Shown: positions 42,991-54,505, numbered from the stretch's first letter. The stretch: DNA of 64,000 bases from Rhodobacter sp. (GCA_048262455.1 JBLXFD010000018.1:7030-71029); one strand, 5' to 3'. A program made the numbers and translations. The notes: generated from the letters alone by a model not told the origin.

Positions 42991-44790
42991 TCAGGCGGCC
43001 TCTTCCGCCGTCCGTCCCGCCAGCACGTAGGTGCCCGGCGCATCGCCCAGGATCTCGCGGCCCCCTGCCCCCGGTTGCCGCGCCGGCACCTTCTTGCCGG
43101 AGCGCGGCTTTAGCCAGGCTTCCCAGCGCGGCCACCACGACCCCTCGTTGAACTGCGCCGCCTTCAGCCAGTCCTCCGGCTCGGGCCCCACGTCCTCGTT
43201 GGTGTAGTGGCCGTACTTCTTCTTGCTGGGCGGGTTGACGATGCCGGCGATATGCCCCGACTCCGACAGGATGAAGGTCTTGGAACGGCTGCCCATCTGA
43301 CGGATCCCGTTGTAGGACGCGGTCCAGGCGGCGATGTGGTCGGTCTCGCAGGCGATGGCGCAGAGCGGCACCCGCACGTCTTTGATCGACAGAACCTCGC
43401 CCAGGATCTCGATTTCGCCCTTGGCGAACTGGTTCTGCTGGCACAGCCAGCGCAGGTACTCGGTGCACATCCGCCCCGGCAGGTTGGCCCCGTCGCCGTT
43501 CCAGTAGAGCAGGTCGAAGGCGGGCGGCGTCTCTCCCATCATGTAGCTGCGGATGGCGGGCTTGTAGACAAGGTCGTTCGACCGCAGGAACGAAAAGGTC
43601 CGCGCCATGATCGCCGACGACAGGTACCCCTTCTCGGCCATCTCCTCCTCCAGCGCGTCGACGAAATCGTCGGTGAGGAAGGGCGTGAACTCTCCCTGGT
43701 CCGAGAAATCCGACAGCATGGTAAAGAAGGTCGCGCTTTTGACCGACTTGATCTTCTGCTTGTGCATCCAGGCCAGCATCAGGGACATGGTGGTTCCGGC
43801 GATGCAGTAGCCGGCCGCGTTCACCTGCTCCTGCCCGGTGATCTGCTTCACCTCGTCGATGGCCTTCAGGAACCCGTCGCGAATGTAGGTGTCCATCCCC
43901 ACGTCGGCATAGCGGGCGTCGGGGTTGACCCAGGAGACGATGAACAGCGTGTAGCCCTGGTCGACGATCCAGCGGATCAGCGAGTTCTGGGGCTTCAGGT
44001 CCATGATGTAGAACTTGTTGATCCAGGGCGGGAAGATGATCAGCGGCGTCTCGTGCACCTCGTCGGTGGTGGGGCTGTACTGGATCAGCTCGAACATCCG
44101 GTTGCGGAACACCACCTTGCCGGGGGCGGTGGCGATGTTGCCGCCCACCTCGAAGGCGTTCTTGTCCGCCAGCGTCACGTTCAGCACGCCCTCGCTGGCC
44201 TCGATGTCGCGCACCAGGTTCTCCAGCCCGTCCACCAGGCTTTGCCCGTTCGTCTCCACCGCCCGGGCCAGCGCCTCGGGGTTGGTGCCGAGGAAGTTGG
44301 CGGGGCTGAACAGGTCGACGATCTGCCGGCTGAAATAGCGCACGCGCCGCCGCTCTACCTCGTCGAGGTGGTCCAGCTGGTCGACGGCCCCCTGCACCGC
44401 GTCGGCGTTCAGCAGGTACTGCTGGCGCAGGAAGTTGAAATAGGGATTCGCCTGCCACACCGGGTCGGCGAAGCTGCTGGCGGCGGCCGGGTCCGCGGGC
44501 GACGGCATCCCGGGCACCAGCGACTGCTGCGCCTCGACATAGTTCTTCACCGACTGGCCCCAGTAGGCGACCTGCTGTTCCAGCAGTTTGGCGGGGTTCG
44601 ACATGACCTCGGCCACGTAGGCCGCCGCCGCCTTGGCATACAGATCCTGCCCCGGCGCCTGCAGGCCCTGGCGCACCGGCCGCTTCTGCGCCAGCGCCGT
44701 CACCAGGCGCTGCGACAGGTCCTCCAGCCGGGCCAGGTTGGCGTTCAGAACCTCCATGTTACGTCCGGGTTCTTTTTCGTCAGTTGCCAT
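42991..44790 (-). CDS. phaC: Class I poly(3-hydroxyalkanoate) synthase
   Basis: 599 aa from ATG 44790. Lipase-box-like GYCIAGT plus PhaC-wide conservation (WINKFYI.DL and others). Confidence 0.95.
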   Translation of the reverse strand: MATDEKEPGRNMEVLNANLARLEDLSQRLVTALAQKRPVRQGLQAPGQDLYAKAAAAYVAEVMSNPAKLLEQQVAYWGQSVKNYVEAQQSLVPGMPSPADPAAASSFADPVWQANPYFNFLRQQYLLNADAVQGAVDQLDHLDEVERRRVRYFSRQIVDLFSPANFLGTNPEALARAVETNGQSLVDGLENLVRDIEASEGVLNVTLADKNAFEVGGNIATAPGKVVFRNRMFELIQYSPTTDEVHETPLIIFPPWINKFYIMDLKPQNSLIRWIVDQGYTLFIVSWVNPDARYADVGMDTYIRDGFLKAIDEVKQITGQEQVNAAGYCIAGTTMSLMLAWMHKQKIKSVKSATFFTMLSDFSDQGEFTPFLTDDFVDALEEEMAEKGYLSSAIMARTFSFLRSNDLVYKPAIRSYMMGETPPAFDLLYWNGDGANLPGRMCTEYLRWLCQQNQFAKGEIEILGEVLSIKDVRVPLCAIACETDHIAAWTASYNGIRQMGSRSKTFILSESGHIAGIVNPPSKKKYGHYTNEDVGPEPEDWLKAAQFNEGSWWPRWEAWLKPRSGKKVPARQPGAGGREILGDAPGTYVLAGRTAEEAA

Positions 44791-44889
44791 TTGATCGTAT
44801 CCGGTTATTTTGCAGGTGCAGCATAGCGGCGCGCCGGGGCGGGACATACGCGACTAATGGTCATGCTGCACCATCTGAGGACATAATTC

Positions 44890-46290
44890 ATGCGTTATCT
44901 GCCGACCTACGACCTCATGGAGACGGTGCGGAACACCAACCAGTGGCTGGGCGCTACCGCGCTTGCCTTCGGATCCTATCCGATGATGGGCCTCGCCCCC
45001 ACCCCCCTGTTCCGCATGATGGCGGCCTGGGGCGAGGTGACAGAGCGGTCCTTCGACCGGATCGTGGCCAAGCCGGACTGGAACATCACCTCGATCACCG
45101 GCGACGACGGGCGCGACCACGTGGTCTCGGTCGAGACCCTGCTGCACCGGCCCTTCGGCGACCTGCTGCACTTCGACGTGCTGGGCCGGCCCGCGCGCAA
45201 GCGCCGGGTGCTGCTGGTGGCGCCCATGTCCGGGCATTACGCGACGCTGCTGCGGTCCACCGTGCTCAGCCTGCTGCCGGACTGCGAGGTCTTCATCACC
45301 GACTGGCGCAACGCCCGCGACATTCCCGTCAGCGAGGGCAAGTTCGACATCGAGGACTACACCCGCTACCTCGTGGACTTCATGCGCGAGCTGGGGTCCG
45401 ACACCCATGTCATCGCCGTCTGCCAGCCCGCGCCGCTGGCGCTGGCCGCCACGGCATGGCTGGCCGAACATGCGCCGCAGGACCAGCCCCGCACCCTGAC
45501 CCTGATCGGCGGGCCCATCGACCCCGACGCCGCGCCCACCGAGGTCACCGACTTCGGCCGCCGCGTCACCATGGGACAGCTGGAATGGGCCGCGATCCAG
45601 AACGTGGGCGTGAACTATGCCGGCGTGGGCCGCATGGTCTACCCGGGGATGATGCAGCTGCTGAGCTTCATGTCGATGAACGCCGAAAAGCACGGGCAGG
45701 CCTTCTTCGACCAGGTGCTGGCCGTCGCCAAGGGCGCGGCGAGCGAGCATGACCGGCACAACCGCTTCTACGACGAGTACCTTGCGGTCATGGACATGCC
45801 GGCGGAGTTCTACCTTTCCACCGTCGAGCGGGTGTTCAAGTCGCGCGAGATCGCGCGCAACGTCTTCACTCTCGATGGCGCGCCGGTGGACATCGGCAAG
45901 ATCACCGACGTGGCCGTGAAGATCGTCGAGGGAGAGCAGGACGACATCAGCGCGCCGGGCCAGTGCCTTGCCGCGCTGGACCTGCTGACCGGCGTGCCCG
46001 ACGACCGCAAGGCGGCGCACCTGGAACCGGGGGCAGGCCACTACGGCATCTTCGCCGGCAAGTCCTGGCGCAACAACATCCGCCCGTTGGTGCTGGAGTT
46101 CCTCGATGCCAATGGCAGCGATGCTGCGCAGCCGGCGGGGGACGTTCAGGGCGAGGTGCCGCAGCCCGAGGGCGACCTGGCGGAGAAACCGGCACTGACC
46201 GGCGACAGCGCGGTCACCCCCGCGGCGCGGAAACGCGCGTCGAAAGCGGCCAGGAAAGCCAGTCCCGCAGGGAATCAGACACGGCATTAG
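44890..46290 (+). CDS. phaZ: Intracellular polyhydroxyalkanoate depolymerase
   Basis: The N-terminus MRYLPTYDLMETVRN.. and overall pattern fit the PhaZ (intracellular PHB depolymerase) family. Divergent from phaC. It has a low-complexity C-terminal tail. Confidence 0.85.
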   Translation: MRYLPTYDLMETVRNTNQWLGATALAFGSYPMMGLAPTPLFRMMAAWGEVTERSFDRIVAKPDWNITSITGDDGRDHVVSVETLLHRPFGDLLHFDVLGRPARKRRVLLVAPMSGHYATLLRSTVLSLLPDCEVFITDWRNARDIPVSEGKFDIEDYTRYLVDFMRELGSDTHVIAVCQPAPLALAATAWLAEHAPQDQPRTLTLIGGPIDPDAAPTEVTDFGRRVTMGQLEWAAIQNVGVNYAGVGRMVYPGMMQLLSFMSMNAEKHGQAFFDQVLAVAKGAASEHDRHNRFYDEYLAVMDMPAEFYLSTVERVFKSREIARNVFTLDGAPVDIGKITDVAVKIVEGEQDDISAPGQCLAALDLLTGVPDDRKAAHLEPGAGHYGIFAGKSWRNNIRPLVLEFLDANGSDAAQPAGDVQGEVPQPEGDLAEKPALTGDSAVTPAARKRASKAARKASPAGNQTRH

Positions 46291-46948
46291 GGTTTTCCAG
46301 CGCCGGCAGGTGGCCGGCGCGGGGGATCACCTGCAGAACCGCGTTGGGCATCATGTCCGCCATGAACTCGTGACGCCTCAGCGGGAATACCGTTTCGTGT
46401 TCGCCGCACATCACCAGCGTGGGGGTGCGGGTCTTGCGCAGCATCCCCTGCTGGTCGGGCCGCTTCTGCATCGCCCGCGACTGGCGCACAAAAAGGTCGG
46501 GGCCGAGGTCCAGCGCCATCTGCTGCATGATCTCCATCAGCCCCGCGCGGTCGGGCGTGTCCGCCAAATGCTCGGCCCGCAACTCGCTGCGCATCGCCTC
46601 CGACAGTCGGCCGGCCCGCGCGGCGACGATGCGCGGCTCGCGGTCGGCGGCGACCTTCGGCAGCTCCGCCTGACAACTGGTGTCCATCAGCGCCAGCCGC
46701 GTCACCCGCTCCGGCTGGATGCGCAGGATCTCCAGCGCCACCATGCCCCCCAGCCCGTGCCCGCACAGCGCGAACCGCGCCGGCGCGCCGGTGAGAATGA
46801 CCTGCGCCATCTCCTCCACCGTCTCGCCCTCCATGGGCGCGGCGAAGTGGATCGAGGTGGTCCAGCTCAGCTCCACCACCTGCGGCAACAGGCCCCGCGC
46901 GTCGGACATCATGCCGGGGATGAGCACGAGGGGCTCTAGCATGGGCAC
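46214..46948 (-). CDS. Alpha/beta-hydrolase-fold protein lacking the nucleophile serine (GHGLGG)
   Basis: Fold pattern LVLIPGMM .. LCGHGLGGMVAL .. IPRAGHLPALE. The nucleophile-elbow position is Gly (codon GGG). Confidence 0.7.
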   Translation of the reverse strand: MPMLEPLVLIPGMMSDARGLLPQVVELSWTTSIHFAAPMEGETVEEMAQVILTGAPARFALCGHGLGGMVALEILRIQPERVTRLALMDTSCQAELPKVAADREPRIVAARAGRLSEAMRSELRAEHLADTPDRAGLMEIMQQMALDLGPDLFVRQSRAMQKRPDQQGMLRKTRTPTLVMCGEHETVFPLRRHEFMADMMPNAVLQVIPRAGHLPALENPNAVSDSLRDWLSWPLSTRVSAPRG

Positions 46949-47036
46949 CTCCGCAATGTTCGAATCGATGAATTCAGATCGTCAATCAGCCGCAAATCAA
47001 TCCCGCAATATCGAATCTGTCTGATGATGTCTTCCA

Positions 47037-47789
47037 TCACACCCGCTCCAGCACATCCGCCACCGCGCCCTTGATCAGCGCCAGGCACTCGGGGGTGGAG
47101 AAGCGGTGGTCGGCCCCCTTCACCAGCGTCAGGCGGATGTCTTCGCCCTCCGCGTGATCCAGCAGCCGAAGCGCCACCTTCACGTCGACGTCGGTGTCGG
47201 CGGTGCCCTGCAGCAGCCGCACCGGGAAGGGCAGCGGCAGCGGCGTGCGCAGGACAAGGTGGTTGCGCCCGTCTTCGATCAGCCGGCTGGTGATGACGTA
47301 GGGCTGGTCGGAGTAGTCCGAGGGCTGCTCCACCCGCCCGATGGTCGCCAGCGCCTCGCGCTCGGAGGCGTCGAAGGCGGCCCACATGCTGTCCTCGGTG
47401 AAGTCCGGCGCGGCCGCGATGCCGACGAAGCCGCGCACCCGGTCTTCCAGCCGCCGGCACAGGATCAGCCCGATCCAGCCGCCCATGCTGGAGCCCACCA
47501 GCACAACCGGCCCCGGCACCAGCGCCTCGATCGCCGCCTGCGCGTCCTCGGCCCAGTCGCCGATGGCGCCGTCAAGGAAGTCGCCCGAGGACTCGCCGTG
47601 GCCGGAGTAGTCGAGCCGCAGGAACCCCTGCCCCCGCGCCCGCGTCCAGGCCTCCAGGTGCACCGCCTTGGTGCCGTTCATGTCGGACCGGAAGCCGCCC
47701 AGGAACACCACCACCGGTCCTGATCCCGGGGTCAGGTGATAGGCGATGCGGCGCCCCTGCGGGGTGTCCAGAACGGATGGGCTGGTCAT
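47037..47789 (-). CDS. Alpha/beta hydrolase
   Basis: Motifs VVFLGGFRSDM, LVGSSMGGW (GxSxG) and a C-terminal GADH. ATG 47789 follows AAGGGAGG. Confidence 0.75.
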   Translation of the reverse strand: MTSPSVLDTPQGRRIAYHLTPGSGPVVVFLGGFRSDMNGTKAVHLEAWTRARGQGFLRLDYSGHGESSGDFLDGAIGDWAEDAQAAIEALVPGPVVLVGSSMGGWIGLILCRRLEDRVRGFVGIAAAPDFTEDSMWAAFDASEREALATIGRVEQPSDYSDQPYVITSRLIEDGRNHLVLRTPLPLPFPVRLLQGTADTDVDVKVALRLLDHAEGEDIRLTLVKGADHRFSTPECLALIKGAVADVLERV

Positions 47790-47967
47790 GCGGCCTCCCT
47801 TTTCATGCCCGGTGCGCCTTGAATAACCACGCCCGCGCCTGCCACGAAAGGCCAATCTGCCCTTCCCCGTGGTTGACAGCGGCGATCCGCCCCGCCCATA
47901 TGCCGCCCGAGACATATAACCCGCAACCGGGCGTTCCGTGGGCGCCAAACTGACGAGGAAAGCCGAT

Positions 47968-49938
47968 ATGGCCCAGATTTCCCTCACCTTCCCCGATGGC
48001 AATGCGCGCGACTACGCCGCCGGCGTCACCGCCGCCGAAGTCGCCGAGAGCATTTCCAAGTCGCTGGCCAAGAAGGCCGTGAGCGCCACCGTCAACGGCG
48101 CCCATCACGACCTGCAATGGCCGATCGAGAGCGACGCGCAGATCGCCATCCACACCATGCAGGACGACCAGGCGCTGGAGCTGATCCGCCACGACGCCGC
48201 CCACATCATGGCCCGCGCGGTGCAGGAGCTGTGGCCCGACACCCGCGTCACCATCGGGCCGGTGATCGAAAGCGGCTTCTATTACGATTTCGACCGGGCC
48301 GAGCCCTTCACCCCGGAAGACCTCGGCGCCATCGAGAAGAAGATGAAGGAGATCATCAACGCCCGCGACACCGTGCGCACCGAGGTCTGGGACCGCGACC
48401 GCGCCATCGCGCACTACCGCGAGCGGAACGAACCCTACAAGGTGGAGCTGGTGGAGGCGATCCCCGACGACGGCCAGCCGATCCGCATGTACTGGCACGG
48501 CGACTGGCAGGACCTGTGCCGCGGCCCGCACTTCGCCCACACCGGCCAGGTGCCCGCCGACGCCTTCAAGCTGATGCGCGTCGCCGGCGCCTACTGGCGC
48601 GGCGATTCCAACCGGCCGCAGCTGCAGCGGATCTACGGCGTCGCCTTCCGCAACCGCGAGGACCTGAAGGCGCACCTGACCTTCCTCGAGGAAGCCGCCA
48701 AGCGCGACCACCGCCGCCTGGGCCGCGAGATGGACCTGTTCCACTTCCAGGAGGAAGCGCCGGGCATGGTGTTCTGGCACCCCGACGGCTGGACCGTCTA
48801 CCGGCAGCTGGAGGACTACATGCGCCGCCGGCTCGACGCGGCCGGCTACCGCGAGATCCGGACCCCGCAGGTGGTGGACCGCAAGCTGTGGGAAGCCTCG
48901 GGACACTGGGACAAGTACCGCGAGAACATGTTCATCACCGAGATCGACGAGGAACATGCCAACGAGAAGCGCGTCAACGCGCTGAAGCCGATGAACTGCC
49001 CCTGCCACGTGCAGGTCTTCAACCAGGGCATCAAGAGCTACCGCGACCTGCCGCTGCGGCTGGCGGAGTTCGGCAGCTGCCACCGCTACGAGGCCCACGG
49101 CGCGCTGCACGGGCTGATGCGGGTGCGCGGCTTCACCCAGGACGACGCGCATATCTTCTGCACCGAGGACCAGATCGAGGCGGAGTGCGCCTCCTTCATC
49201 GCGCTGCTGTCGCGGATCTACGAGGACACCGGCTTTGGCCGCTTCGACATCAAGCTGTCGACCCGCCCCGAGGTGCGCGTCGGGTCCGACGAGGTCTGGG
49301 ACAAGGCCGAGGCAGCGCTGGAAAAGGCGATCCTGTCGGTGCGCGACGACTACGAGGTGGACCCCGGCGAGGGCGCCTTCTACGGGCCGAAGCTGGACTT
49401 CAAGCTGACCGACGCCATCGGGCGCGAGTGGCAGTGCGGCACCTTCCAGGCGGACTTCAACCTGCCGGAGCGGCTGGACGCCAACTACATCGGCGCGGAC
49501 GGCGACAAGCACCGGCCGGTGATGCTGCACCGCGCGATCCTCGGCAGTTTCGAGCGGTTCATCGGCATCCTGATCGAGAACTACTCCGGCAAGCTGCCCT
49601 TCTGGCTGGCGCCGCGGCAGGTAGTCGTCGCCTCGATCGTGTCGGACGCCGACGACTACGTGCGCGAGGTGGTCGAGACGCTGCGCGCCCGCGGTCTGCG
49701 GGCCGAGGCGGACGTGCGCAACGAGAAGATCAACTTCAAGGTGCGCGAGCATTCGGTGGCCAAGGTGCCGGTAATCCTGGCCTGCGGGATGAAGGAAGTG
49801 GCGGACCGCACGGTCTCGCTGCGCCGCCTGGGCGAGAAGGACACCCGGGTCGAGACGCTGGACGCGGTGGCCGAGGCGCTGGAGACCGAGGCGCTGGCGC
49901 CGGACCTTGCGGCGGAGCGGGCGGGTAAGGCGGCCTGA
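47968..49938 (+). CDS. thrS: Threonine--tRNA ligase
   Basis: TGS start [11 protein letters not shown], then HILA-type editing and class II core motifs (HRDLG, FRNE, and others). Confidence 0.95.
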   Translation: MAQISLTFPDGNARDYAAGVTAAEVAESISKSLAKKAVSATVNGAHHDLQWPIESDAQIAIHTMQDDQALELIRHDAAHIMARAVQELWPDTRVTIGPVIESGFYYDFDRAEPFTPEDLGAIEKKMKEIINARDTVRTEVWDRDRAIAHYRERNEPYKVELVEAIPDDGQPIRMYWHGDWQDLCRGPHFAHTGQVPADAFKLMRVAGAYWRGDSNRPQLQRIYGVAFRNREDLKAHLTFLEEAAKRDHRRLGREMDLFHFQEEAPGMVFWHPDGWTVYRQLEDYMRRRLDAAGYREIRTPQVVDRKLWEASGHWDKYRENMFITEIDEEHANEKRVNALKPMNCPCHVQVFNQGIKSYRDLPLRLAEFGSCHRYEAHGALHGLMRVRGFTQDDAHIFCTEDQIEAECASFIALLSRIYEDTGFGRFDIKLSTRPEVRVGSDEVWDKAEAALEKAILSVRDDYEVDPGEGAFYGPKLDFKLTDAIGREWQCGTFQADFNLPERLDANYIGADGDKHRPVMLHRAILGSFERFIGILIENYSGKLPFWLAPRQVVVASIVSDADDYVREVVETLRARGLRAEADVRNEKINFKVREHSVAKVPVILACGMKEVADRTVSLRRLGEKDTRVETLDAVAEALETEALAPDLAAERAGKAA

Positions 49939-50138
49939 CCCACGTACCCTGCCGGCGCGGGACAAGGCCGAAGGCCGCCGCGCCAGCGCCGGCGCGCCCC
50001 CACGCGGCGGCGCTTTGGGTGCCGCTGGCGCTTAAGCCGGGGGTCGCCCGGATCTGGCTGGCATAAACTTCGTGGTTCTACCGTTGCAGCGCCGCCGCGC
50101 GCGCCGTCACTGGCGCGGCTAAGCACCCCTGCCCCGGC

Positions 50139-50495
50139 TCAAACCGCGTCCGGCTGCCGTGCCGCGAGGGCCAGCAGCCCCGCCAGCCCGCACATCCCGA
50201 TGGGGAACATCGTGAAGACGTTGAACCCGAAGGCGTAGTGCATCCCCGCCGCCGAGAGCAGCAGGCAGATGCCGCCCACCGCCGCCTGGCTGCGTGCCAT
50301 GGCGCCGCCTGCGATCGCGAGGATCGGCGCGAGGAAACTGGTGACCTTGATCAGCCCCGCGTCCCCCAGCAGCCAGTCGAGATCGCCGGGCTCGCCGTAG
50401 CTTTCGAAGAAGGTGACGTAGCCGTAGCTGAAGAAGCCGACGATCATCCCGATGATCCCGCCGATGACACCCAGCGTCAGGGCCGCGTTGCGCAT
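50139..50495 (-). CDS. Hypothetical small membrane protein (4 TM)
   Basis: 118 aa, Gly/Ala-rich TM helices, no recognisable motif. Confidence 0.45.
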   Translation of the reverse strand: MRNAALTLGVIGGIIGMIVGFFSYGYVTFFESYGEPGDLDWLLGDAGLIKVTSFLAPILAIAGGAMARSQAAVGGICLLLSAAGMHYAFGFNVFTMFPIGMCGLAGLLALAARQPDAV

Positions 50496-50556
50496 CTGTC
50501 TCTCCTTGCCATCCGGGCCTTGCCGTCCGGGCTCTCAGATAGGCACCTTCGCGCCG

Positions 50557-50883
50557 CTATCCAAGAAGCTGCGCCTGCACCTCGGGGCCCCAGCCAAGGT
50601 GCAGCCGGCCCTCCGATTCGATCACCGGGCGCTTCATCAGCGTGGGATGCGCCGCCAGCAGGTCGGCCGGGGGACGCGCCCGATCGGCCGCATCGAGCCC
50701 GCGCCAGGTGGTGGAGCGGCGGTTCACCAGGTCGTCGCCAAACGCCTCCAGCAGCCGCGCCAGATCGCCGGGCGTCACGCCATCTGCCCTTACGTCAGTT
50801 ATATGCGGCGCATAACCCGCCGCGCGCAAAGCTTTTTCCGCCTTGCGGCAGGTGTCGCAGGTTTTCAGCCCCCACAGCCGCAT
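50557..50883 (-). CDS. ArsC/Spx-family (YffB-like) redox protein
   Basis: MRLWGLKTCDTCRKA .. LMKRPVI pattern. ATG 50883 follows GGAGGGAGG. Confidence 0.75.
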   Translation of the reverse strand: MRLWGLKTCDTCRKAEKALRAAGYAPHITDVRADGVTPGDLARLLEAFGDDLVNRRSTTWRGLDAADRARPPADLLAAHPTLMKRPVIESEGRLHLGWGPEVQAQLLG

Positions 50884-51110
50884 CGCCGCCTCCCTCCGTG
50901 TTGCCCGTCCTCCATCCTTCTCGCCTCCCGCGGAGTCAGGCTCAAGCGTAAAAAAACTCTTGATTTTCATCGGGAATCGAAGAATCTCGGGACCGTGACA
51001 ACAGACTTTCTTTGACGACCGCTCCTGTCACGGAGCAGCCAAAAGAAGTCGATGGCTGCACCGGACCCGCCGCAATTCCGTGGGCGGGCGTATGACGAGG
51101 GAGAGACGGC

Positions 51111-51317
51111 ATGCCCACCGGCACCGTGAAATGGTTCAACACCACCAAAGGCTATGGCTTCATCGCCCCCGACGACGGCGGCAAGGATGTCTTCGTGCAC
51201 ATCTCGGCGGTGGAGCGTGCGGGCATGACCGGCCTCGCCGACAACCAGAAGATCGGCTACGAGCTGCAGGAAGGCCGCGACGGCCGCGCCTCTGCCTCGG
51301 ACCTGCGCGCGATCTGA
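51111..51317 (+). CDS. cspA: Cold-shock protein (CspA family)
   Basis: GTVKWFN..KGYGFI (RNP1) and VFVH (RNP2). A long AT-richer leader lies upstream. Confidence 0.95.
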   Translation: MPTGTVKWFNTTKGYGFIAPDDGGKDVFVHISAVERAGMTGLADNQKIGYELQEGRDGRASASDLRAI

Positions 51318-51344
51318 CGCGGCGCCTTCGCCTGTGCGATCAAA

Positions 51345-51372
51345 GCGGCCCCCGGGGGGCCGCTTTTTCTTT
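51345..51372 (+). terminator. Rho-independent terminator of cspA
   Basis: GCGGCCCC-cgg-GGGGCCGC followed by TTTTTCTTT. Confidence 0.8.
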
Positions 51373-51381
51373 GCGCGGGCC

Positions 51382-51861
51382 TCAGTACCCCTTGCAGCAG
51401 GGGCGGTAGGCCGGGATCGGCGCGGGGACCGGCGCGGGCGCGTCGTAGGTCTGGCGGTAGGTCGGCTTGGGCGCCGGCGCGTAGGTGGGCTTGGGCGCGG
51501 GCTGGTAGGCGTAGGGCTGCGGCGCGTAATTCGGCTGCGGCGCCGGCTGGTAGCCGTAGGGCTGCGGCGCGTAGTTGGGCTGCGGCGCGGGCGGGCGGTT
51601 CTTCCAGTGCCAGTCCTGGTAGCCCGCCCCCTGCCCGTGCAGCACCACGCGGGTGTTGTAGCCGGCGTAATAGCCGGGGCGGCCGACCGTCGGCATATCG
51701 CGCGAGGTGTCGGTCAGGTGTTTCTCGCCATACCACTTCCCGGGATTGGGGCAGAAGGAATAGACGTCGGCGGTGGCGTTGCCGCAATAGGCCTGCGCAG
51801 CGCCGGCGCTGACGGCCAGGGCCAGCGCGGCGGCGGCGATGCGGAAGGATTTATCAAGCAT
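51382..51861 (-). CDS. Secreted Pro/Tyr-rich repeat protein, function unknown
   Basis: Signal peptide MLDKSFRIAAAALALAVSAGAAQA. Tandem PAPQPNYAPQPY(G/A)YQ and PAPKPTY repeats. Cys pairs at both ends. Confidence 0.5.
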   Translation of the reverse strand: MLDKSFRIAAAALALAVSAGAAQAYCGNATADVYSFCPNPGKWYGEKHLTDTSRDMPTVGRPGYYAGYNTRVVLHGQGAGYQDWHWKNRPPAPQPNYAPQPYGYQPAPQPNYAPQPYAYQPAPKPTYAPAPKPTYRQTYDAPAPVPAPIPAYRPCCKGY

Positions 51862-52000
51862 GCGTTTCCCCTCAGGCAAATGAAAAGGCCCGCGCGGGGG
51901 CGGACTTGCCGGAGGGTAACGGGGGCGGGCACCCGATCAACGAAGGCGCGGGGAAACGGACTGTTTCAGCCCGCCCCGCACACCCGCCGAAGGCCCGGGA

Positions 52001-52375
52001 TCAGTTGTTCGGCCAGCTCTTGTCGTAGGCGATGAAGCCCTCGTTCAGCCCCTTGCCGGTGGCCACGTAGGTGCCGCGCGGCGGCGGCGCGCGGCGCACG
52101 CCGGGGGCGTTGTAGTAGGTGCCCGAGGCGGTGGGCACGCCGCAGCAGATGACCCCGTTGATGGTGACCGGCTGCAGCCCCTGGGGGCAGTAATTGTTGG
52201 CGGTCGGGTAGGCGTAGATGCGCACGCCCGGCGCCACGGAGTGGCGCGGCACGTGGGTCCAGGCGGGACCGGCCTGCTCTTTCTTGTGCTTGTGCTTGAA
52301 CCAGGCCTGCGCCGGCGCGGCGGCGGAGGTCAGAAGGGCCGCGCCGAGAAGCACGGCGGAAATACGGGCGAACAT
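52001..52375 (-). CDS. Secreted Cys-containing protein, function unknown
   Basis: Signal peptide MFARISAVLLGAALLTSAAAPAQA. No recognised domain. Confidence 0.45.
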   Translation of the reverse strand: MFARISAVLLGAALLTSAAAPAQAWFKHKHKKEQAGPAWTHVPRHSVAPGVRIYAYPTANNYCPQGLQPVTINGVICCGVPTASGTYYNAPGVRRAPPPRGTYVATGKGLNEGFIAYDKSWPNN

Positions 52376-52546
52376 GTGGTCTCCATTAATCTACGATGCA
52401 CGCCCCCAGGCAGGGCCAGCGGTATCACGGGGCTGGGGATAACTCAAAAGCCGGGGAACGCCCGGATTGTTTCGATCCCGCGATGTGGCAGAAATGATTC
52501 GCCCCAGAAGGGCGGCAGCGCTTCCCCTGCGTCTGCTCGGACCTGT

Positions 52547-52699
52547 TCAGGCCTGTTCGGGCACGCTCTCGGTCGCGGTGCGGCGGGCGAGGTCGTGTTT
52601 GCGGCCGGGACGGCGGGTCCAGTAGACGAAGATCAGGTAGACCATCGCGAGGATCGCCATGGTGGCGGCTCCGGGGATCAGCAGGGGCGAGAATTCCAT
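52547..52699 (-). CDS. Possible 50-aa single-TM protein
   Basis: An internal ATG gives MEFSPLLIPGAATMAILAMVYLIFVYWTRRPGRKHD... The rest of the track ORF looks non-coding. Confidence 0.25.
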   Translation of the reverse strand: MEFSPLLIPGAATMAILAMVYLIFVYWTRRPGRKHDLARRTATESVPEQA

Positions 52700-52828
52700 G
52701 TGGGGCTCCGTTGCAATTGACTGATCCGCAGCATGTTTCGCGATTGAGCCTAAAATAGGGCGGAATTGCCGCCTCCCCGCGCCGCCCCCTGCCCCGGGGG
52801 CGCGACAACGGAGCGCGGCGCAGAAACC

Positions 52829-52857
52829 TTGACGTGAGAGTGTTTTGTGCCTATTTG
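52829..52857 (+). promoter_or_regulatory. Possible sigma70-type promoter of the DEAD-box helicase gene (TTGACG-N17-TATTTG)
   Basis: Read directly; it would give an ~80-nt leader. Pattern only. Confidence 0.35.
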
Positions 52858-52944
52858 GCAGCCATCGAGGAAAGACGGGCAATATGGCCTGTCGGGCCGC
52901 CCGGACACGCGGCCATAACGTCAGCCGCCATCCGAAAGGGATAC

Positions 52945-54483
<1,539 letters not shown>

Positions 54484-54505
54484 CGCCGGTATCGTTGTAC
54501 CGGCC

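Noticed and set aside
42962-44458. 498-aa alternate-frame ORF inside phaC. The same applies to other internal ORFs of 60-250 aa throughout the track.
   Set aside because: They are fully nested in, or antisense to, genes with strong family signatures, and their translations are Arg/Ala/Gly/Pro-rich. I saw no independent start signals.
47803-49965. 720-aa minus-strand ORF opposite thrS
   Set aside because: It is antisense to an unmistakable threonyl-tRNA synthetase and has no motifs.
50960-50988. Sigma70-like promoter for cspA (TTGATT .. GAATCT)
   Set aside because: The -10 match is poor, and the AT-rich stretch could equally serve the divergent ArsC-family gene. This is too weak to list as a feature.
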